Assembly (NCBI GenBank): GCA_964019425.1 | Contig: OZ025784.1 | Location: 1,240,001-1,304,000, forward strand | DNA: 64,000 nt | From: Flectonema sp. DT1601 | Taxonomy: Eukaryota | Reading direction: 5' to 3' | Part shown: piece after piece, positions 23,980-35,158 of the stretch | Numbering within the stretch: the stretch's first letter is position 1 | Layout: every line of letters begins with the position of its first letter | The notes under the pieces: generated by a model | What the model saw: only the letters and a program-made list of their open reading frames with translations | Databases searched by the model: none | What the model was told of the DNA's origin: nothing | Position numbers and translations under genes: made by a program

Positions 23980-26085
23980 TTATCGAGAAGACACGTGTCG
24001 GGTAACTCCTGGGGTGGATCCTCTTCTGGATAGGGTTTTCTTCTGAGATTTCGAAGTAGTGTTTTGATCTGACTGTTGTTTTCTTGTCATTTCTCTTTCA
24101 GGTCGATCGCTGTCAACTCTTCTCTTTTCTAACGTTGTAATTAATGTCTGCATTCGTCTAGCATCTGACTCTCGTTGTGAATCAAGAAGACAAGTATTCC
24201 TAGCCTTTGGTCCTAATCTCATCCACCAATCACCAGCATGGTTTGATGCTAAATTCTGATCAGTGTATCTCGTTGATCTTTTTTTTCGACGACGACGAGA
24301 CTGCATTGTTGCCGTTGGAACCGTTACCTTAGAAGATGACTTTAGTGGATCCTCAAAAGGTCTATCCTGCTTATCATTATTAATATTGTTATATTTATCT
24401 GAACACCCAAGTATCCCTAAACAGGCATTCATTCCAAATACAGCTCCATTAGGTGACTGGGATACCAACTGAGAAGATCCAGCAGAAGAATTAATATTTG
24501 ACAACGCATGTGCTGACTGTGATCTAGATGACGATGTGAATGATGGATTTGTTTGTTGAAGTGATTTACGAAGACCGTCACCATCACCGAATACTACTGG
24601 ATGAGTTGTACTGCGAGACCATTTTGATCGTCTTCTCCAGTCAGGACCGAAAGTGTCTCCAGAAGAAGTGCTGCTGCTGTCACTGTCACTGTCAGAGACG
24701 TTGTCTTGTACAGGTGCGAATAAAGTATTCGATGCTGTTGATGATGATTGACCGTTACCATTCCAAGGTATTAGTATATCTGCGTGACGAGCTATGACGC
24801 TTTTTATAAAATCTTCACTCTTACTAAGAGATACCGTGTGGTCTCTTGTATAGCATCCACCAGGTCTTACTGTTCCACCCTCGAATCTTTGAACAACTGA
24901 ATCACAACATGGGAATACACCAATCGCGTTACCAGATTTAAAAGTTGGTAGTGACAAGTGAAAACAACAATGACCGATTTCAGCTATTACAAAATGCCTT
25001 CCACACACTTTACAGATGTCGTCATTAACGAGAGCCCATATCCTCCAAAAGATTTCTTTCCAAGTAAATCTTTTCGCACGTTGCGCAGCTAAATACGCAT
25101 TGACATCCCAATTTGTGTCTACCACATGAGCAGATACAGAATCACCATTAAATGTTATAAAGGGTGATGTCTTTGGACATATCGCCCATGATTTTTGTTT
25201 TTCTGTAAACAATTTTCCACAAAGCTGACATCTATATAAAACATTACAAGGTTCTTTATCTGAATTTGTGGTCAGAAGTAATTCATAAATCTTATGAAGA
25301 AAGAGGGCTCCGACTATTCGGTCTTTTCGATCTTTTATTTTATCTAATTCATCGTAGGTGTATAATGCTGCTAATTTTGAAATAAGGGATTTGCTGACGC
25401 AGTCGAGATCAATTGGTAGTTTTACAATCTCTTGAATGTGGGAAGCGACATAACGAAGAGATTCATTCACAAGATCAGTCATTTGTAGAAAGTCTGACGA
25501 TATTAATATCGAAACAGCTATTGTTGGATCGCTTGATGGTTTTTTGTCTTCATGAACGTATTCCATTAGCCATTTGAAAATAGAAACATCACAATGAACT
25601 GAAATCTCAAGATCTTGAGCTAAATATGATTTAAAGTATTTCATGTGAGTTAACAAAATATCTTTTTTACAAATAAAATTACGAGATATATTATTACCTT
25701 CATCATGTACGTGGATAACAACCTTCTCATGTGCTGGTGCAGAACTACTATTCTCATAAGTCCATATATCCATTGTACAAGGTGACATTCGATCTTCACT
25801 TGGTGATGAGATTGGAGGAGTTGGCTGTCGCTGTAGTGTTGGGGCAGAGTAAGCACGAGTTCGCTCAGTGGTATTTTCACCATTTTGCTTCACTGGTTGT
25901 GATCCTCTCCTCCATGCTCCCTGGTGACCCACACCAGAATGTCCTTGTATATTACCATTTTGAATTCTTCTTGTAACCTTATCGAACCCGTGAGCAGCTA
26001 TAAAAAGAGGAATTTCCTTGTCAAGGACTCGGCCACCACGACCGCTGGCATGCAACGGCGCTCGCTTTGAAGCTCGCTCAGTCAT
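23980..26085 (-). CDS. SANBR/KIAA1841-like BTB domain protein (DUF3342)
   Basis: VVIHVHDE...FICKKDILLTHMKYF...EISVHCDVSIFKWLMEYV...SILISSDFLQM, then Cys/His clusters typical of this family. Confidence 0.85.
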   Translation of the reverse strand: MTERASKRAPLHASGRGGRVLDKEIPLFIAAHGFDKVTRRIQNGNIQGHSGVGHQGAWRRGSQPVKQNGENTTERTRAYSAPTLQRQPTPPISSPSEDRMSPCTMDIWTYENSSSAPAHEKVVIHVHDEGNNISRNFICKKDILLTHMKYFKSYLAQDLEISVHCDVSIFKWLMEYVHEDKKPSSDPTIAVSILISSDFLQMTDLVNESLRYVASHIQEIVKLPIDLDCVSKSLISKLAALYTYDELDKIKDRKDRIVGALFLHKIYELLLTTNSDKEPCNVLYRCQLCGKLFTEKQKSWAICPKTSPFITFNGDSVSAHVVDTNWDVNAYLAAQRAKRFTWKEIFWRIWALVNDDICKVCGRHFVIAEIGHCCFHLSLPTFKSGNAIGVFPCCDSVVQRFEGGTVRPGGCYTRDHTVSLSKSEDFIKSVIARHADILIPWNGNGQSSSTASNTLFAPVQDNVSDSDSDSSSTSSGDTFGPDWRRRSKWSRSTTHPVVFGDGDGLRKSLQQTNPSFTSSSRSQSAHALSNINSSAGSSQLVSQSPNGAVFGMNACLGILGCSDKYNNINNDKQDRPFEDPLKSSSKVTVPTATMQSRRRRKKRSTRYTDQNLASNHAGDWWMRLGPKARNTCLLDSQRESDARRMQTLITTLEKRRVDSDRPEREMTRKQQSDQNTTSKSQKKTLSRRGSTPGVTRHVSSR

Positions 26086-27554
26086 TGGGATATGTGTGTA
26101 CTGCGAGAGGGGAAAAAAAAGTTTTTTTTAATTCGTATTGACTTGCATTATCCGAGGGTAGCCACTCATCTTTTTCCGTTTTTTTTTTTTTTTCCTTTTC
26201 CATTTTTTTTTATTCATGTCACTACCGCGTATTCTCACGTTTTTTTTTTTTTTTTTTGTTTAAAAAATCTGGTTCTTGTTTTTTTTTGTTTTTTTTTTTT
26301 GTATTCATAAATCACTTCTTTCCTTTTTTTTTTTTTTTTTTTTTTCCCCCTTCTCCCGAATCAAACTGTTCCTTATTATTACTATTTTTTTTTTTTTTTT
26401 AAATATTTTTTTTTTTTGTTCAGATATCAGTAGCGCAATGAACAGCCGTGTGGTGCGAAAGTAAGACAACAAAAACTAAGTACGAAAAGGAGAAAGAAAA
26501 AACAAGAAGAAGAAAAAAAAACAAGAGAGATCAGCCTGCATGTTATCTTAAGTATTATGTACTAATGCAGCAAAAGGGTTGTCATACCAGCACCTGATTG
26601 TGACCAGTGAAGGCGACCCGGCAACCTGTAGACGCTAAGCTAACAATAAATACACATAAGATTACCGTCTTCACAATGGCCATTTCTCTCTTCATGGCTA
26701 GTAGTTAAGCAAGCTTCCTGCGACAGAATTAACCGAAGTTTTTTTGTGTTAATTAAATAAAGAGGAAAAATAAAAATATTTTAAAAAAAAAAAAAAAAAA
26801 AATTCTTCTCCATTTTCTGTGTTTGTTTTGTTTTCTTTACTTTACCCTCCTGAGGTTGATTTTTTTTTATAATTATTCCCACATGATTTATTTTTATAGC
26901 TGGTGTAAAAGGAGCCTGGAAAAGAAAATTCTTTTTTAAAAAAAAAAAAATAATAAATAAAAACGGAAGGAAAACATGAAGGGAGGGACGGGAATACAGC
27001 ACAATCATTCCCTTCTACTATAAAAAGAATACTTGGGCGTGACGACAGCTTTGGCGCGTCCGAGGCGCACACCACACCGGTACAAAACTCCACGTAATTA
27101 TTTCACTGAAAAGGTGTTTGTTCATATATTACTTACAAACTACCTTTTTTTTTTTGTTTTTTTGTTTTCAACTTTTTTTTTAAAAAAAAAAAGAAATTTC
27201 ATAATTTAGCGGTTAAAAAGAAAAAGAAAAAGGGAGGGAACTACCAGATTATATAATAGGTAAATTCTGAACGTTGAGTTTTTTTTTTTTTTTTTTTTTT
27301 TTTTTGCTTGTAAGAGGCACAGATGGGAAAATAGTAATAACGACATAAAAGGGGAACTTCTTTTTTTGCTGCTTGAAGTTTAGAACAGTTACAAAAAAAT
27401 ATGAACGACAAAAAGGGAGAGGGTATAAAAAACCCATTTTTTTTTTTTTTTTTTTTTGGTGGGGGATTTTTTTGGGACCCTGAGCACAAATCTACAGAAT
27501 TAATTGTTAGTCAGGAACTAAAAGAGAGATTGCAAAAAAAAAAGAAAAAAGAAG

Positions 27555-27588
<34 letters not shown>

Positions 27589-27801
27589 CCAAGCCTTATT
27601 CCTTCCCCCATTTCCAACCCACACAATTTTTGATTATTTATTATTTAGCACTTATGTTTGCTGTTTATTATTATTTTTGTTTTGTTTTTTTTTACTTTTT
27701 CTAGGATGGCCCTCCTGGTTTTTTTTTTTTTTTTTTTTTTTTCGTTTCCCCCTTTGTTTCTTCACTTTTGCTTCCATTTCACTTTCGAAAATTGGACATT
27801 G

Positions 27802-27841
<40 letters not shown>

Positions 27842-28282
27842 AATCGCTCAGACTGCTATTGTTTAATCAAAATAATCCACAAAGGTGCAAAACAAAACCC
27901 CGCTAAAACGCTATCCTGCTGAGATCGTAAAAATACAACCATCCGGTACTGTGTGTTATGCTCATGCACCGGCGAGAGCCTGTTTTTTTTTTTTTTTTTA
28001 AATTCATAATCACCGTTCCTTAAGAAATGAAAAACGCGCATGCAGTCCTTTGTCCCTAAGAAAAGATATAAAAGATCATGATTGCAAGCGTCTATATATA
28101 GTACTCATTTAAGAAAAAAGATGGCCAACTGAAATCAAAAAGAACCCATTGTTGTTAAGCTTAACAACAAGGCATATTCCGGTATGCAATACTGACCAGT
28201 CCATATAAAGATGCTATGAAATATGTAGTATTTTTTTTCCGGAACTTGAAAAAACACAACAAAAAAAAAACATCACCAAAGT

Positions 28283-28646
28283 TCATACCGCCAGACTCTT
28301 CAACACAGCATCGGAAGGTTTAACATTAGCCTTAGCCCCCTTGCATTGGTATACTTCAGTGTCACTTTTCATCCTGTGTTTGGTTTGGTTTTTAGTTTAC
28401 TTCCATCACAAGGTATGAAGTAGGGTACGTAATAAATAAGACATACGACCAGTCATCCCACATAGAACCCATCCAATCCTTAGCCTCGACATAATCAAAT
28501 ACTTCATTCTGTGGTTTACTCGGTTCTGATTGGGTTCTCTGAAAACTCTTCTGTGGACCTCCTCCACCTCCACCTCCACCTGCGGTATTCATTCTCGTCT
28601 TGTTCTTAGGATTACCTCCCCTGTTTCCTGCCCTAGATCCAGACAT
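28283..28646 (-). CDS. Small Gly-rich hypothetical protein, one 73-nt intron
   Basis: The GTATGT...CACAG intron at 28446-28374 restores the frame (WDDWS|MKSDTEVYQCKG...LAV*). Confidence 0.6.
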
Positions 28647-28872
28647 GTTGGGAGTGGGAGGATGTGCAATGTAAGTGCTCCCTGCAGAGTAAGTTGATAG
28701 CTGATTAAGAACACCCCATTGACCACTTGATACAACAATTACTTCACAACATTCGTAATTATAATCGAAGGCTTATATTTAAATTATGACAACAAGGATC
28801 AGACCAGTGTTGTCATATTAGTAATTGACAAACACAAGAACAAAACAGACAAGATGACAAACAAGATGACAG

Positions 28873-28975
28873 ATTCTCAGAAGCGCGGGTAAATTTTGTA
28901 CATCAATTACTGGATTTGTGCGTCCAGTCAGGTAGTTATAGGTAGGTCAATTTACTGTTTTAATCATCGACCTGA
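28873..28975 (-). ncRNA. Box C/D snoRNA 'A' (first of 14 copies), double guide
   Basis: Minus strand: (C)GATGA box C, CTGA D', CTGGA/TCCAG hairpin, TTGATGT C', CTGA box D. The D guide TTTACCCGCGCTT is the perfect complement of the conserved LSU motif AAGCGCGGGTAAA. Confidence 0.88.
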
Positions 28976-29090
28976 AAAGTTGCTAACAAGACTAACGAAG
29001 CAGCAGTACGATAGATGGATGGGGAAGTCTTTACAAGAACTGATCAGAAGAGACAGACAGAGAGAACAATTCCGGATGACTTCAAAGAAA

Positions 29091-29157
29091 ACATCTCGAG
29101 ATGTGTAAGTACGCCGAGACTATCGGTAGTGCAGGACGTGACTCTAGGACATCCCTG
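29091..29157 (-). ncRNA. Single-hairpin H/ACA-like (AGA box) pseudouridylation guide RNA 'B' (first of 9 full copies)
   Basis: Minus strand: lower stem GGGATGT/ACATCTC, pocket CCTAGAGTC/ACTTAC, upper stem ACGTC/GGCGT, then G-AGA-TGT. Spacing from pocket top to AGA is 14 nt; length about 67 nt. Confidence 0.8.
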
Positions 29158-29994
29158 TGGGAAGGAAGATGCGAATTCATAAAAACACAACAAACAAGAT
29201 GACAGATTCTCAGAAGCGCGGGTAAATTTTGTACATCAATTACTGGATTTGTGCGTCCAGTCAGGTAGTTATAGGTAGGTCAATTTACTGTTTTAATCAT
29301 CGACCTGAAGAGTTGGTGAGAAAACCAGAGAAGCAGATGTCTTACAAGAAACAGAGAGAGAACAATTCCGGATGACTTCAAAGAAAACATCTCGAGATGT
29401 GTAAGTACGCCGAGACTATCGGTAGTGCAGGACGTGACTCTAGGACATCCCTGTGGGAAGGAAGATGCGAATTCATAAAAACACAACAAACAAGATGACA
29501 GATTCTCAGAAGCGCGGGTAAATTTTGTACATCAATTACTGGATTTGTGCGTCCAGTCAGGTAGTTATAGGTAGGTCAATTTACTGTTTTAATCATCGAC
29601 CTGAAGAGTTGGTGAGAAAACCAGAGAAGCAGATGTCTTACAAGAAACAGAGAGAGAACAATTCCGGATGACTTCAAAGAAAACATCTCGAGATGTGTAA
29701 GTACGCCGAGACTATCGGTAGTGCAGGACGTGACTCTAGGACATCCCTGTGGGAAGGGAGATGCGAATTCATAAAAACACAACAAACAAGATTACAGATT
29801 CTCAGAAGCGCGGGTAAATTTTGTACATCAATTACTGGATTTGTGTGTCCAGTCAGGTAGTTATAGGTAGGTCAATTTACTGTTTTAATCATCGACCTGA
29901 AGAGTTGCTAACAAGACTAACGAAGCAGCAGTACGATAGATAGATGGGGAAGGGAGATGCGAACATAAAAAACAGAAGAGAGAGAGCAGGCGAT

Positions 29995-30085
29995 CACATT
30001 CAGTTTCCTCGACCCGTGAATGCTTCGGTTTTGATCAAAACAAAAGTTCACAGAGATTCCCAATGTGAAGTACCATCTAGTGATT
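29995..30085 (-). ncRNA. Box C/D snoRNA 'C' (U79/SNORD79-like D' guide), copy 1 of 2
   Basis: Degenerate box C (AGATGG). Guide TGGGAATCTC before GTGA (D') complements LSU GAGATTCCCA. Guide ACGGGTCG-AGGAAA before CTGA (D) complements LSU CGACCCGT. Terminal ATCAC/GTGAT stem. Confidence 0.72.
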
Positions 30086-31603
30086 GAGTATCACGAGTAT
30101 CGAAGAACAGGAAAAGCAGAAGTACTAAAAAGGAAACAGATTCTCAGAAGCGCGGGTAAATTTTGTACATCAATTACTGGATTTGTGTGTCCAGTCAGGT
30201 AGTTATAGGTAGGTCAATTTACTGTTTTAATCATCGACCTGAAGAGTTGCTAACAAGACTAACGAAGCAGCAGTACGATAGATGGATGGGGAAGTCTTTA
30301 CAAGAACTGATCAGAAGAGACAGACAGAGAGAACAATTCCGGATGACTTCAAAGAAAACATCTCGAGATGTGTAAGTACGCCGAGACTATCGGTAGTGCA
30401 GGACGTGACTCTAGGACATCCCTGTGGGAAGGAAGATGCGAATTCATAAAAACACAACAAACAAGATTACAGATTCTCAGAAGCGCGGGTAAATTTTGTA
30501 CATCAATTACTGGATTTGTGCGTCCAGTCAGGTAGTTATAGGTAGGTCAATTTACTGTTTTAATCATCGACCTGGAGACTAACGAAGAACGATAACATGA
30601 ACATACTTCCAAAGTTAGCTGTAATGTTGTCATCTGTGAAATAAAAATAAATAATTTTATAATAAATATGTTCAAACAATATGTGAAATCGATAAATTGG
30701 TTTTTTTTTTTTTTTTTTTACTTTTTACGCTAAACTCGAGTTAGATCACTACTAACTTAGTTCGTAACGTGAAGCTTCGAACGAAACCAACAGTTCCGTC
30801 TAAGAAAGTAAAGCAACAAAGGAACAAGAAAATATTTTGACAAAAAGGAGCGGGTGCGAATTGACGCAACTTACTTCTTGAGATATCTACAGAAGTCATC
30901 AAATGTGAAATTAATGTGAGAAAAAAAAAGAGGAAAAAAATGGATATTATCATTGTACATGAATTCCTTTATTTTTTTTTTATTTTTTTTTATTTTTTTC
31001 TACGACAAGATGACTTGACAAGTGGATAAAAAAGTGTTATTAGCTGCTTGGTTAGTCATCTATCTCAACATATCAAAACGAGCAGCAAACCTCCCAATCG
31101 ACTACTGGAGGGAGCGTGAAAATAACGAAAGGGAAAAAATAAAAAATATATTTTTGAATACATCGTTTACTCACACGTAGAATCCAACGGGATATCGGAA
31201 AACAAGAAAACACAAAACAAGATGGAAACACTAACACGGAGAATCATAGATCGTTTAAACGAGGTTGGAAGGCGCAGGATATCAATACCCGCACTGAAAC
31301 ACTCGATGAGTGGAGAAACCAGTTTTGATTTTTGTGAAATCAAAAATACAATCCTGAAATAATGTGATACACATAAACCGAAGTGGGTTATGAATTATCA
31401 GAACAACGTAGTTTGCTGCTTTTGGTGGCAGCTCGAAAGAACAATTCGATTTCTTTTTATCAGCAACTGACTTTTCAGTAATCCAAACAACAGCATCTCT
31501 AACGTTGGGGGGTAATTTGATCTCTAACGTTGGGGGGGAAAAAAATTGTATTGTAGTTGAGAGGGGGATGAAACAACAACGGTACCCTTTGGGGGCGCCC
31601 TTA

Positions 31604-32491
31604 TTATATCGGAGTTGCGTAGTCTCTGACCCACTCCTCACTTCGCTGCCACAATTCTTTGGCTAAGTCGTCAGAGAGGGCAAGTTTTGTTGGAGTCTTC
31701 TCCTTTTGGGAGTCGTAGTAAAGTCCGCTAGCACTGAGACGAGATCTGACGCAGTGAAGAGTCGTCTTTGCGCCCTCAGAATTGTTAATCATAAACAGCT
31801 TTATACAACACTGAAGACAACAAGGAACATTTCTCCAAACATCAGTCGCAACTACTCCTGGATGCAATGACGAAACCAAAATATTTGGATAACGTTTTGC
31901 CAGTTCCTTTCCATGCAAGACATTAAAAAGTTTACTGATCCTATACTCTAAAAGTCCTGTTGTGGTTTTGGTTGGTTTTTGGAGATCAGGCCATTTGATT
32001 TCCGAAATATCGGTAACCTTGTATTGAGCTCTACTCGACACAAGTACCAGTCTTGGGGATTCAGACTTTGACAGGATCGGAAGCAATAATTTAGTAAACA
32101 AGAAATGACCCAAGTGATTGACACCAAAAGTCATTTCAAACCCGTCAGAAGTGGTTCCGTGAGCTCCAGCCAAACCAGCATTGTTAATAAGAACGTCAAG
32201 AGGAAGATTCAACTTGGTGAATTCCTCAGCTGATTCCCTCACTGCCTTCAACGAGCTTAAATCTAATTGTAAAAATGTTAACTTAGCACTTGGGATTCGC
32301 TCCTTAATATCATCCATTGCTTCTTTACCTTTACTGGCATTTCTACAAGCCATTACAACATGAGCACCATCCTTAGCAAGTTCTAAAGCAGCTTCCTTTC
32401 CAATACCACAATTACTTCCGGTAATAAGAACTACCTTACCACGGACGTCATTAGCGACGTCTGACTTCATAAGAGATTGTTTTTCAGACAT
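31604..32491 (-). CDS. Short-chain dehydrogenase/reductase (retinol dehydrogenase/WWOX-like), copy 1
   Basis: TGSNCGIG, NNAG, VNHLGHF, YRISK, HPGVVAT. Confidence 0.95.
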   Translation of the reverse strand: MSEKQSLMKSDVANDVRGKVVLITGSNCGIGKEAALELAKDGAHVVMACRNASKGKEAMDDIKERIPSAKLTFLQLDLSSLKAVRESAEEFTKLNLPLDVLINNAGLAGAHGTTSDGFEMTFGVNHLGHFLFTKLLLPILSKSESPRLVLVSSRAQYKVTDISEIKWPDLQKPTKTTTGLLEYRISKLFNVLHGKELAKRYPNILVSSLHPGVVATDVWRNVPCCLQCCIKLFMINNSEGAKTTLHCVRSRLSASGLYYDSQKEKTPTKLALSDDLAKELWQRSEEWVRDYATPI

Positions 32492-32719
32492 GTTTTGATA
32501 ACTTTATAACGCAACTGTATATGAAATGATGTTAACGAGACGAGGATAAGAAACTCTAACTTCCGACCAAGGTTCAATTGGTTGCCGATGAGGTGTTTTC
32601 TTCACCAAACCAAACTAGAGTTAGTTGATCACTAAACAAACATCAACAAGACAAGAAAACGAATGGTGTTCGTCTTTGTAATTGACCAACACAAGAACAG
32701 GACAGACGAGATGACAGAT

Positions 32720-33878
32720 TCGTGACTCTAGGACATCCCTGTGGGAAGGAAGATGCGAATTCATAAAAACATAACAAACAAGATGACAGATTCTCAGAAG
32801 CGCGGGTAAATTTTGTACATCAATTACTGGATTTGTGCGTCCAGTCAGGTAGTTATAGGTAGGTCAATTTACTGTTTTAATCATCGACCTGAAGAGTTGG
32901 TGAGAAAATCAGAGAAAGCAGATGTCTTCACAAGAGCTGACCAGAAGAGACAGACAGAGAGAACAATTCCGGATGACTTCAAAGAAAACATCTCGAGATG
33001 TGTAAGTACGCCGAGACTATCGGTAGTGCAGGACGTGACTCTAGGACATCCCTGTGGGAAGGAAGATGCGAATTCATAAAAACACAACAAACAAGATGAC
33101 AGATTCTCAGAAGCGCGGGTAAATTTTGTACATCAATTACTGGATTTGTGCGTCCAGTCAGGTAGTTATAGGTAGGTCAATTTACTGTTTTAATCATCGA
33201 CCTGGGGTAACGAAGCAGCAGTATGATGGATGGATGGGGAAGGGAGATGCGAACATAAAAAACAGAAGAGAGAGAGCAGGCGATCACATTCAGTTTCCTC
33301 GACCCGTGAATGCTTCGGTTTTGATTAAAACAAAAGTTCACAGAGATTCCCAATGTGAAGTACCATCTGGTGATTGAGTATCACGAGTATCGAAGAACAG
33401 GAAAAGCAGAAGAAGTACTAAAAAGGAAACAGATTCTCAGAAGCGCGGGTAAATTTTGTACATCAATTACTGGATTTGTGCGTCCAGTCAGGTAGTTATA
33501 GGTAGGTCAATTTACTGTTTTAATCATCGACCTGAAGAGTTGCTAACAAGACTAACGAAGCAGCAGTACGATAGATGGATGGGGATGTCTTCACAAGAAC
33601 TGACCAGAAGAGACAGACAGAGAGAACAATTCCGGATGACTTCAAAGAAAACATCTCGAGATGTGTAAGTACGCCGAGACTATCGGTAGTGCAGGACGTG
33701 ACTCTAGGACATCCCTGTGGGAAGGGAGATGCGAACATAAAAACAAAACAGACAAGATGACAAAAAGGAAACAGATTCTCAGAAGCGCGGGTAAATTTTG
33801 TACATCAATTACTGGATTTGTGTGTCCAGTCAGGTAGTTATAGGTAGGTCAATTTACTGTTTTAATCATCGACCTGGA
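32720..33878 (-). repeat. snoRNA array 2: truncated B, 4x A, 2x B, 1x C
   Basis: A at 32794, 33107, 33437, 33779; B at 32988, 33651; C at 33290; B fragment at ~32721-32742. Confidence 0.9.
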
Positions 33879-34750
33879 GACTAACGAAGAACGATAACAT
33901 GAACATACTTCCAAAGTTAGCTGTAATGTTGTCATCTGTGAAATAAAAATAAAAAAAATTATAATAAATATGTTCAAAGAATCCGCAATGCGTGAAATCG
34001 ATAAATTGGTTTTTTTTTTTTTTTTTTTTTTACTTTTTACGCTAAACTCGAGTTAGATCACTACTAACTTAGTTCGTAACGTGAAGCTTCGAACGAAACC
34101 AACAGTTCCGTCTAAGAAAGTAAAGCAACAAAGGAACAAGAAAATATTTTGACAAAAAGGAGCGGGTGCGAATTGACGCAACTTACTTCTTGAGATATCT
34201 ACAGAAGTCATCAAATGTGAAATTAATGTGAGAAAAAAAAAAAAGAAAAACAACAACGGATATTATTATTCCTTTATTTATTTTATTTTTTTTTCTACGA
34301 CACGATGACTTGACAAGTGGATAAAAAAGTGTTATTAGCTGCTTGGTTAGTCATCTATCTCAACAGATCAAAACGAGCGGCAAACCTCCCAATCGACTAC
34401 TGGAGAGAGCGTGAAAAGAACGAAAGGGAAAAAATATAAAATATATAGTCTTTTATTTTTGAATACATCGTTTACTCACACGCAGAATCCAACGGGATAT
34501 CGGAAAACAAGAAAACACAAAACAAGATGGAAACACTAACACGGAGAACGATAGATCGTTTAACGAGGTTGGAAGGTGCAGGATATCAATACCCGCACTG
34601 AAACACTCGATGAGTGGAGAAAGCTAGTTTTGATTTTTGTGAAATCAAAAATACAACCCTGAAATACTGTGATACACATAAGTTATTCAAACAGCAGCAT
34701 CTCTGACGTTTGGGAAGGAAAAAAAGAAAAAAATTGAGAGGGGGGTTGTA

Positions 34751-34853
34751 TGTTCGATTTTGTAAAATTACAACTGTGTTGTATCATAAACACATAAAGA
34801 TAATTTAACATTACTTTTAAATACGGTGACTAAGGGTGATGCACAACTTAGCA
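34751..34853. repeat. ~105-bp dispersed repeat (TGTTCGATTTTG...CTAAGGGTGATGCRCAACTTAGCA)
   Basis: Copies at 42526-42624, 42642-~42745 (degenerate) and 57998-58100. Here it lies inside a ~370 bp segment absent from the paralogous 3' flank of SDR copy 1. Confidence 0.85.
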
Positions 34854-35158
34854 TTATAAAGTAACTATTAAGTTTCGAGAGTAATCCATATACCTCTTAC
34901 CTCTATTCTCTCATCATCAGTATGGTGTAGAAGTAAGTCAGTCAAATGTTGAGACTGAGTCATTCCAGTTTGCAAGACTAGAATGTAGTTACTTTAAGTT
35001 TCATGTTCATAATAAAAAAAACATATTATTTACTGTTACTAGTTCGTAGCTCACTACTAGTGGAGCACTCTTCTACAATAAATGTAGAAAGTGTTTTTAA
35101 TTATCAAAGTCTCAAGAGGGGGATGAAACAACAACGGTACCCTTTGGGGGCGCCCTTA

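Larger units (their letters stand above)
28873..30575 (-). repeat. snoRNA array 1: 6x C/D RNA A, 4x AGA RNA B, 1x C/D RNA C
   Basis: Near-identical modules with variable spacers. A at 28877, 29210, 29506, 29802, 30144, 30477; B at 29091, 29387, 29683, 30358; C at 30000. Confidence 0.9.

Noticed and set aside
26540..26700. Possible micro-gene with a GT-AG intron (MKREMAIVKT|VAGSPSL...)
   Set aside because: Too short, with no recognisable motif or defined end; cannot be supported.
30740..30905. TTGATGA (box C-like) on the minus strand in the duplicated flank
   Set aside because: No downstream CTGA box at a suitable distance; conservation is explained by the recent duplication.
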